Below are positions 57,511-64,000 of a stretch of DNA of 64,000 nt, piece by piece. Both the position numbers and the translations under genes were made by a program. The stretch is from an uncultured Candidatus Saccharibacteria bacterium (GTDB lineage Bacteria > Patescibacteriota > Minisyncoccia > Ryanbacterales > GWA2-47-10b), in contig CAYHJF010000004.1 of NCBI GenBank assembly GCA_964356915.1, forward strand, positions 663 to 64,662. The letters are read 5' to 3'. How positions within the stretch are numbered: position 1 is the first letter of the stretch; the number at the start of each line of letters is the position of its first letter. The notes under the pieces are model-generated. The model searched no databases and was not told the origin of the DNA. It saw only the letters and a program-made list of their open reading frames with translations.

Positions 57511-59352
57511 ATGAAAACTCTCTCTCATATTGCAGCGGCATTCATACTTGGATGTATGTTTCTTCTCATGTTTCTTTCATCATGGAATGACGCGGCGATC
57601 TTTGATGAAACGGCACACATCGGTGCCGCCTACTCATACGTAACATTGCGTGACATGCGACTGAATCCTGAACATCCCCCACTCCTCAAGGATCTCGCCG
57701 GGATCGCACTTCTTCCACTTCATGCAGTATTTCGTACTGACACAACTGCGTGGCAAAACGATGTTAACGGTCAATGGGCCCAAGGCGGAGCATTTCTCTA
57801 CGAATTCGGTAACGACCCTGATCGCATATTGCATTACGCGCGATTCCCTCTCATGCTCATCGCACTACTCTTTGGGTGGCTTCTCTACCGCTGGGTACTG
57901 AGCGTATACGGCACAAAAACGGCACTCCTCGCACTATTTTTCTATGCAAGCTCTCCGACCATCATCGCTCACTCACGATTTGTCACGACTGATATCGGTG
58001 CGGCATTTGCGTTTTTTATTGGCATCACAACATACGTACGATTTCTGGCGCGCCCGAGCACAAAACGACTCGCTGTTGCTGGTATCGCATTTGGTATCGC
58101 ACAGAATATAAAATTCTCTCTTTTCCTCTTGGTTCCTATCTATGTTTTTTTAGGACTCGTATCACTTTTTGTACGTGATGACATTTGGGATGTCGTGCGC
58201 ACACGAAAGGAACGCGCACGACTCTTATGGCGCCATGGCGTTGTACTTGGGCTAAAAACTCTCGCTATCTTTCTTGTTGGTGTTGTAATTATCTGGATCG
58301 TATATCTCTGGCATGTATGGAACTATCCACAAGAAAAACAACTCTCTGACGCCCAAACACTTATTCGTACATTTCGCGTAAAGCCGCTCGTCACACTTGA
58401 TCTATGGCTCATCAGTCATGCGCCAACTCGACCGCTCGGGCAATACCTCCTTGGACTCATGATGGTGACTCAACGTACTGCGGGTGGAAATAGCGCGTAC
58501 TTCTTGGGCGAAGTCTCTGCAAATGGCTGGTGGTATTACTTCCCAACCGCATACGCGCTGAAAGAGACTCTTGCATTTCATCTCCTTACACTTATCGCGC
58601 TCGTACTCGCGATCAGGCGTGTATTGGGATCAAAAGAAAAAACACTTCGAGCAGTCCGAGAATGGATTCATGATAACTTCGCGTATTTTGCATCAATATT
58701 TTTCGTAGCATTTTACTGGGCATCTTCCATCGCAAATCCGCTTAACATCGGCGTACGCCATGTGATTCCTACGTTTCCATTTATCTACTTACTCGTCTCT
58801 CGACAACTTGTACTTTGGATGTCAGAATTTCGGACTCCATCCGATGGATCATTGCGCGGACTCATGAGCGCCCTCTATCATACTGTCGTTCGACCAATCC
58901 CACGCGTATTCTTAGTAGCACTTCTCTGTCTCTGGGCAGGGCTCTCAACGCTCTTTGTATTCCCTTACTATCTTTCATACTTCAACGAAATCGTAGGGAC
59001 GCAAAACGGATACAAATATATTACTGATTCGAATTATGACTGGGGACAAGACCTCAAACGCCTTGGTGATCACATAACGCGTACGTCTTCATATGAACCT
59101 GTGTATCTCGACTACTTCGGAGGTGGCTCACCAAAGTATTATCTTGGTAGACCATATCAGCCGTGGTATTCAAGTTATGGTCCTCCTCCATCAGGTTCAC
59201 TTTTTGCTGTATCAGCAAATTCCATCCAAGGGAATCAAGCGCGCTATGTAGGCAACCTCTCTATTAAACCCGAAGATACATACCCGTGGCTTCGCGATCT
59301 CAAACCATTTGGTCGTGCAGGCACTTCAATTTTCCTCTACCGAATGCCCTAA
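57511..59352 (+). CDS. GT-C fold glycosyltransferase, ArnT/PMT-like (paralogue of upstream gene)
   Basis: Start trimmed to MKTLSH; IFDETAHIGAAYSY and EHPPLLK loop-1 motif; multi-TM; large C-terminal extracytoplasmic domain. Confidence 0.65.
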   Translation: MKTLSHIAAAFILGCMFLLMFLSSWNDAAIFDETAHIGAAYSYVTLRDMRLNPEHPPLLKDLAGIALLPLHAVFRTDTTAWQNDVNGQWAQGGAFLYEFGNDPDRILHYARFPLMLIALLFGWLLYRWVLSVYGTKTALLALFFYASSPTIIAHSRFVTTDIGAAFAFFIGITTYVRFLARPSTKRLAVAGIAFGIAQNIKFSLFLLVPIYVFLGLVSLFVRDDIWDVVRTRKERARLLWRHGVVLGLKTLAIFLVGVVIIWIVYLWHVWNYPQEKQLSDAQTLIRTFRVKPLVTLDLWLISHAPTRPLGQYLLGLMMVTQRTAGGNSAYFLGEVSANGWWYYFPTAYALKETLAFHLLTLIALVLAIRRVLGSKEKTLRAVREWIHDNFAYFASIFFVAFYWASSIANPLNIGVRHVIPTFPFIYLLVSRQLVLWMSEFRTPSDGSLRGLMSALYHTVVRPIPRVFLVALLCLWAGLSTLFVFPYYLSYFNEIVGTQNGYKYITDSNYDWGQDLKRLGDHITRTSSYEPVYLDYFGGGSPKYYLGRPYQPWYSSYGPPPSGSLFAVSANSIQGNQARYVGNLSIKPEDTYPWLRDLKPFGRAGTSIFLYRMP

Positions 59353-59353
59353 A

Positions 59354-60190
59354 CTACTCAGCTGACGTCTTTGGTTCGTTACGAAACTTATAAAAAATTC
59401 TCTTATCAAAACGAAGATCGATATACTCAAGATCGTTCACACGACTTTTAATATCGCCACTAATTGCCGTCTGAAGATTTTTATATGCCTCTTCGGGATT
59501 ATTTGACTCAAGAAGCAAGATTTCCCATCCCGCGCGAGTCTGGACTCGAAGCGTTTGATCTTTCGCATCAATTGAAAATGCGAGACTCTGAAGATTCTGA
59601 TCACTAACCGCCTTTTCATTAAAATACGCGACTAATTGCATAAATGCCTGACTTACGTACGTTCCTCCAAGATGAATATCATAGATGCGATTATCTTGGA
59701 CCTTTGGGACAATAAGTCCTGTAAAGTCAGGAGCTCCTTCAAAGACAACGCCTGCGCGATCCATCCAGTAACATGTCCCCGAGGTCGCACTGCAAAGAAC
59801 GCCCCATGGATCATATTCTTCAACAACAACGCGAAGTGTCTGATCGAATGCTGTCCGCACACGAGCTGATTTTAATGTAGAAAATTCATGCTTAAGCATG
59901 TCTGCAAGATTTTGGCGATCAAGAATCCAGATACTACGCCGAGGCAAAACATAAAAACGCTTTGTATTTAAGAACGTCTCTGTACGCGCACGAATATCCG
60001 CATCTTTCGTTCGCTCTAGACCCTCTATAGAAATATTTGCGATTTGAAATCGCTCGAGCGACAACACCCAAACGATCCCCGCAAAACATACAAGAACTAT
60101 AAAAATTCCGAGCAGAGTACGCCGCCTCCGTCGTTTATATTTTGAACGTCGACCCTGCGCCGCGAGCCGAGATTGCAACCGAGACTTCAT
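59354..60190 (-). CDS. ftsQ: cell-division protein FtsQ/DivIB-like (POTRA domain)
   Basis: Basic cytoplasmic tail, single TM, then a POTRA-like beta-alpha-alpha-beta-beta segment. Confidence 0.5.
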   Translation of the reverse strand: MKSRLQSRLAAQGRRSKYKRRRRRTLLGIFIVLVCFAGIVWVLSLERFQIANISIEGLERTKDADIRARTETFLNTKRFYVLPRRSIWILDRQNLADMLKHEFSTLKSARVRTAFDQTLRVVVEEYDPWGVLCSATSGTCYWMDRAGVVFEGAPDFTGLIVPKVQDNRIYDIHLGGTYVSQAFMQLVAYFNEKAVSDQNLQSLAFSIDAKDQTLRVQTRAGWEILLLESNNPEEAYKNLQTAISGDIKSRVNDLEYIDLRFDKRIFYKFRNEPKTSAE

Positions 60191-61455
60191 CCTCGTCCAA
60201 TCACGCTCTTACCAATATACTTTTGAAGTACTTCGGGAATACGTACCGTGCCATCTTCTTGTTGAAATTGTTCAAATATACTAATTAAAATACGTGGTGT
60301 TGCAACCGCCGTATTATTGAGCGAGTGCGCAAAGCGTATCGTTCCATCGGTATCACGGTATCGAATATTAAGTCGGCGCGTCTGGAAGTCGTGGAAATAA
60401 GAAGCTGAATGTGTCTCACCAAATTTTCGCTGAGAAGGAACCCATGTTTCAATATCATATTTTTTGACCTGACCGAGGCCGAGATCGCCTCCGCAGTTAG
60501 TCACTACTCGATAGTAAAGTCCAAGCGCTTGCAACATCTCTTCGGCGTTTCGCGTTAGCTCTTCATGAAATTCAACGGACTTCATATGGCTTGCCTCACA
60601 AAGCACCACCTGTTCAACCTTCATGAATTCATGAACACGATATAATCCCTTGGTATCTTTACCATGACTCCCTGCCTCTCGCCTGAAACACGGAGAAAGT
60701 GCGACAAACTTTTTTGGTAAGTCGCTCACCTCCAAAATCTCATCTCGATACATACCCATTGTTGATACTTCAGCAGTACCAACGAGCCATAGATGATCTT
60801 GCGTCTGATAAATCTCATCTTTCCCTTGCGGTAAGTAACCTGTGCCCACAAGGTTTTCCTCGCGCGTAAGCGATGGCACGATGATCGGCGTAAAACCTTT
60901 CTTTACCAAACATTCCATCGCAAATTGCCAGAGCGCCATTGATAAAAGTGCTCCCTCTTTTTTTAATATATACCCGCGAAATCCGGCAACCTTCGTACCA
61001 CGGTCAAAGTCCGCGCCATCAAGTTCGCGCAATAACGTAATATGATCTTTGGGCTCAAAACTAAATTGCGGTTCACTACCCCATCTCCGCATCTCATGGT
61101 TTTCGGCATCGCTTACACCATCTGGCACCGAAGGATCGGGCACATTAGGTACCTCGTACATCAATCTCTGAAACTCTTCTTCAATAACACCTAATTCTTT
61201 TTCTTTTACCTCGAGACGCGCCTTGAACGCACGCGTTTGCTCAATGGCAACTTTCTTGTCTTCTGGGTTTTGAATTTTTGCAATTGCATCAGCGGTCGCG
61301 TTTCCCTCTGCTCGCATTGCCTCTACTTCAGTACGAATTGTTCGCCGTCGCTCATCCACAGTCAGTAATTTATCAACATCAAAAGGAATGCGTTTCTTGC
61401 GCGCAGCGTCTTTTATCAAAAGTGGATTTTCCCGTATAAATCTGATATCTAACAT
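60187..61455 (-). CDS. serS: serine--tRNA ligase
   Basis: N-terminal coiled-coil arm and class II core. Confidence 0.9.
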   Translation of the reverse strand: MLDIRFIRENPLLIKDAARKKRIPFDVDKLLTVDERRRTIRTEVEAMRAEGNATADAIAKIQNPEDKKVAIEQTRAFKARLEVKEKELGVIEEEFQRLMYEVPNVPDPSVPDGVSDAENHEMRRWGSEPQFSFEPKDHITLLRELDGADFDRGTKVAGFRGYILKKEGALLSMALWQFAMECLVKKGFTPIIVPSLTREENLVGTGYLPQGKDEIYQTQDHLWLVGTAEVSTMGMYRDEILEVSDLPKKFVALSPCFRREAGSHGKDTKGLYRVHEFMKVEQVVLCEASHMKSVEFHEELTRNAEEMLQALGLYYRVVTNCGGDLGLGQVKKYDIETWVPSQRKFGETHSASYFHDFQTRRLNIRYRDTDGTIRFAHSLNNTAVATPRILISIFEQFQQEDGTVRIPEVLQKYIGKSVIGRG

Positions 61456-61537
61456 GGTACTAGTATAGCGAAATTAGGCTCTCCTGCAATCAAAAACCCC
61501 ACAACGCGTGGGGTTTTTGAAAAAGCGTCTAGAGTTG

Positions 61538-62092
61538 CTATTCGACAATAACCTTGCCAAATTTTCCACTATTTACATGGTCGTGATAGTTCCATGACCC
61601 CTTCTCACCAAACATAAACGAATATGACTCTCCCTTACCCAACCCGTGACATGCGTCAAAGATTTTTGTAGCCTCTGCCGTACCACACTTTTTGATATCC
61701 GAACCTGGGTACACGGTGTGTGTTGGATGCATCGCGGATGCTGGCCATGTAGCCTTATCGGATGAATTCATCCATGTTACTTTTGTGCCTACCTTAATAG
61801 TCACTGATGCAGGAGAAAATCCATTACCATCAAAAGTAATTTTCACCTCTTCCTTCATCATACCTGGAGCACCTTCCATCATGCCCGTCTCTTCATCCAT
61901 CGCGCCATCACCTTCCATCATTTTACCGTCATTCATCATGTGACCTTCCTCATCCGCCGTCTTATCACTCTTTGTCGTATCCGTATTTGATGTTTGATTA
62001 GTACTCGGAGCCTCTGCTGGCTTACTAAACATAAGAAACGCCCCAACTCCGATTACTGCGATAATTACAAATATTGCAACAATTTTACCCAT
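61538..62092 (-). CDS. secreted Met-rich cupredoxin-like protein (tentative copper-binding)
   Basis: Start at MGKIVAIF; signal/anchor; Met-rich block HMMNDGKMMEGDGAMDEETGMMEGAPGMMKEE; cupredoxin-like F.P..V.I..G..V.W.N.D...H pattern. Confidence 0.4.
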   Translation of the reverse strand: MGKIVAIFVIIAVIGVGAFLMFSKPAEAPSTNQTSNTDTTKSDKTADEEGHMMNDGKMMEGDGAMDEETGMMEGAPGMMKEEVKITFDGNGFSPASVTIKVGTKVTWMNSSDKATWPASAMHPTHTVYPGSDIKKCGTAEATKIFDACHGLGKGESYSFMFGEKGSWNYHDHVNSGKFGKVIVE

Positions 62093-62195
62093 AAAAAATC
62101 TCCTAGATATAACCATCATTCATGACCGTCTATGAAATGTCAACGACTATCTTATACATGCTAAAAAATAAAAAACGCCGAGGCGGCGTTTTACA

Positions 62196-62720
62196 CTAGG
62201 TGAAAAAATGGAGTCCTGAAAAAAGTACGGGATGATTGAACGTCTGGATAATCGCACGAGGACCTGAGCAATCCGCAACTTGTCGCCACGGATGAAACAC
62301 CGGGGTACCCGCGATAGGACAAGTACTAACGGCATTACTGCCACCAATATAGAATCCTACATGTTCGGTGCCTTCCCTCATCTCCCAACGAATGACTCCG
62401 CCCGGCAATATATCGGGAGCATCCACGGAAGTCCATCCACATCGCTCAAGGTCAGCCAAAAGACCTTTGACAGTTGCATGACGAGTCTCACACAGAGGTC
62501 GGCCTTCAAAACGAAACCATGTAAGCAAACTTGATACATGAAGTGCGCAAGATCTTTTTGCCCCACCGGTAATATCGATGGCACGCTCATCTGCGTCTTC
62601 CCATACAGAACGCGCAAACATGGATGTCCCCTGCGAACCACGTATAACATGAAGTAAATTACAAAGTACCTGTTCAATCATCGCAGGTCTTTGCCCTGAT
62701 ACACCGTCAGGTCTGGTCAT
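62196..62720 (-). CDS. hypothetical protein (possible Cys/His papain-like peptidase fold)
   Basis: Candidate nucleophile SCALHVSS and downstream TEHVGFYIG; no confident family. Confidence 0.3.
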   Translation of the reverse strand: MTRPDGVSGQRPAMIEQVLCNLLHVIRGSQGTSMFARSVWEDADERAIDITGGAKRSCALHVSSLLTWFRFEGRPLCETRHATVKGLLADLERCGWTSVDAPDILPGGVIRWEMREGTEHVGFYIGGSNAVSTCPIAGTPVFHPWRQVADCSGPRAIIQTFNHPVLFSGLHFFT

Positions 62721-62767
62721 ATCAAGAAACCTCCTAAAAAGAGAGTACGCAATTATAGAAAGATTGT

Positions 62768-63196
62768 CTACAGCCCTGTCGTACCAAACCCTCCACGGTC
62801 AGGAGAGTCCAGATCATCTACCTCTTCAATCTCAACGCGCTCGCAAGAAACAAAAACCGCCTGAGCGATACGCTCTCCCCGCTCAATCGTCACTGAAGCG
62901 TCCGTGTAGTTGTATACAAACGCTTTATATTCATCGTTATTCCCAGAGTAATCGTGATCCATAATGCCCACACTATTTGCAAAGAAAATACCACGCTTTG
63001 GGGTTGAAGATCGAGGAGCAAGCAACACGAAAAAACCTTCTGGATATTTGATAGCAATATTTAACGGAATAAATGCCGTAGTCTTCGGAAGAATTGTTGT
63101 CGATTCACGAGCCGGCAGATCAAACGCAACCGCCCCACTCGTTTTGTACTCCGGCAACGGCAGAGTCTTATCAATACGACGAATACGAATTTTCAT
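62768..63196 (-). CDS. dut: dUTP diphosphatase
   Basis: PRSSTPKRG (motif 2), GIMDHDYSG (motif 3), RGGFGTTG (motif 5). Confidence 0.85.
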   Translation of the reverse strand: MKIRIRRIDKTLPLPEYKTSGAVAFDLPARESTTILPKTTAFIPLNIAIKYPEGFFVLLAPRSSTPKRGIFFANSVGIMDHDYSGNNDEYKAFVYNYTDASVTIERGERIAQAVFVSCERVEIEEVDDLDSPDRGGFGTTGL

Positions 63197-63197
63197 A

Positions 63198-63863
63198 CTA
63201 ATTTCTTACAAGAGTAAAATCTAAAACCGTCCATTGATTTTTTCGAGCTGCTCGGCGCAATCGCATATCTGGGTTCACTGCTACCGGATGCGTCACTAAC
63301 TTCATCATGGGAATATCTTGACTATGATCAGTATATGCATAGGTTTCAAACGGTTTATTTTTTGCGATAAAATCTCCGACAACAATGTGTTTATTCCCGC
63401 CAATGAGCATCCCATCGATCTCACCAGTATACCGTGCTCCGCTTACACGCAGTTTTGTCGCAATAACATGAGGCAATGAAAGATAGGCTCCTATTTTTTT
63501 TACAAATGGCTCGAATGAGCTTGAGAGCAAAATAACTTCGTGTCCCTTCATACGATGTTCATCAATAAGATGTAACGCGTCAACATACATTTTATGTCGA
63601 ACGCGTTGTTCAAAAATTACATCCAACGCTCGATCAAGCTCTTCGATTGAGATCCCCGCCAACTCACGAGCTCCTTTATTTGCGATACGCTCAAGACTCC
63701 CCCATAGCCCAAGTTTCCAGAGGACAAACCAAAATGAGGCACGAAACACGAGTATCCATGAAGCAAGCCCCATAAGAAATAGGTGCCATATGACTGTCGT
63801 GTTGATATTCCCACGGATAATGGTCTCATCAACATCAAAAAATACAACTATCTGCTTCTCCAT
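63198..63863 (-). CDS. HAD-IB family hydrolase (phosphoserine phosphatase-like)
   Basis: FFDVDETII motif I, helical cap, C-terminal GD motif. Confidence 0.65.
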   Translation of the reverse strand: MEKQIVVFFDVDETIIRGNINTTVIWHLFLMGLASWILVFRASFWFVLWKLGLWGSLERIANKGARELAGISIEELDRALDVIFEQRVRHKMYVDALHLIDEHRMKGHEVILLSSSFEPFVKKIGAYLSLPHVIATKLRVSGARYTGEIDGMLIGGNKHIVVGDFIAKNKPFETYAYTDHSQDIPMMKLVTHPVAVNPDMRLRRAARKNQWTVLDFTLVRN

Positions 63864-63911
63864 ATATAAAGACTACACGAAACTTTTTTTCTGTGATACC
63901 CTAGTTTCCAC

Positions 63912-63982
63912 GGGCCTGTAGCATAATGGCAGTGCACCCGGTTTGCATCCGGGGTGTGGGAGTTCGATTCTCCCCAGGTCCA
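63912..63982 (+). tRNA. tRNA-Ala (anticodon UGC), CCA not encoded
   Basis: Acceptor GGGCCTG/CAGGTCC with G3:U70; D arm GCAT-AATGGCA-GTGC; anticodon arm CCCGG-TTTGCAT-CCGGG; T arm GGGAG-TTCGATT-CTCCC; discriminator A then CTAAT. Confidence 0.8.
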
Positions 63983-64000
63983 CTAATAAAAAAATAAAAC

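Noticed and set aside
63863-63911. Promoter for tRNA-Ala
   Set aside because: The region is AT-rich, but I could not identify a convincing -35/-10 pair with proper spacing.
1-64000. CRISPR array, rRNA, transposase/integrase/IS elements
   Set aside because: I scanned for regularly spaced direct repeats of 25-40 nt and for DDE/tyrosine-recombinase-like ORFs and found none. The only notable direct repeat is the 19-mer at tRNA-Gln.

Overview
This 64-kb window is a gene-dense, moderately AT-rich bacterial chromosomal segment, mostly coded on the minus strand. I call about 75 protein genes and 2 tRNAs: tRNA-Gln(UUG) with CCA encoded, and tRNA-Ala(UGC) without. I found no rRNA, CRISPR array, transposase or integrase. 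The many small DUF proteins and secreted proteins are compatible with a small-genome, possibly Patescibacteria-like organism, but that is inference only. Housekeeping genes include dnaX, serS, dut, an ftsQ-like gene, fur, cspA, an ECF sigma factor with a membrane partner, an ABC-F ATPase and a BaiN-type flavoprotein. Accessory content includes a MacA/MacB-like efflux triad and a heterodimeric ABC exporter pair. There is a copper module (2x DUF305 protein plus a P1B-ATPase with an atypical CPD motif). A natural Zwf-Gnd fusion (glucose-6-phosphate dehydrogenase plus 6-phosphogluconate dehydrogenase) is present. A secreted Gmad2/Cys-rich protein ends in a Hint (Hedgehog/intein-like) domain. A membrane-anchored VirD4/TraG-like ATPase sits in an apparent operon with GtrA, LemA and TPM genes. 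Tandem GT-C (ArnT/PMT-like) glycosyltransferases, a cytochrome b5-like protein and a tandem zinc-ribbon protein are also present. A block of stress/DUF genes (3 VOC proteins, DedA, SanA, DUF1761, DUF1801, DUF1003) lies at 24-28 kb. The main anomalies are these. (i) Two sharply GC-rich, self-contained gene cassettes (9.09-9.73 kb and 44.44-44.77 kb) each carry their own RBS and flanking hairpins, and the first has a strong terminator; they look like horizontally acquired or chimeric DNA. (ii) tRNA-Gln has a 19-nt direct repeat of its 5' end 123 nt upstream, separated by a stack of perfect GC hairpins and preceded by a sigma70-like promoter. (iii) A repeated operator-like motif lies in the fur divergent promoter. 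All functional calls rest on motif recognition by eye and need database confirmation.
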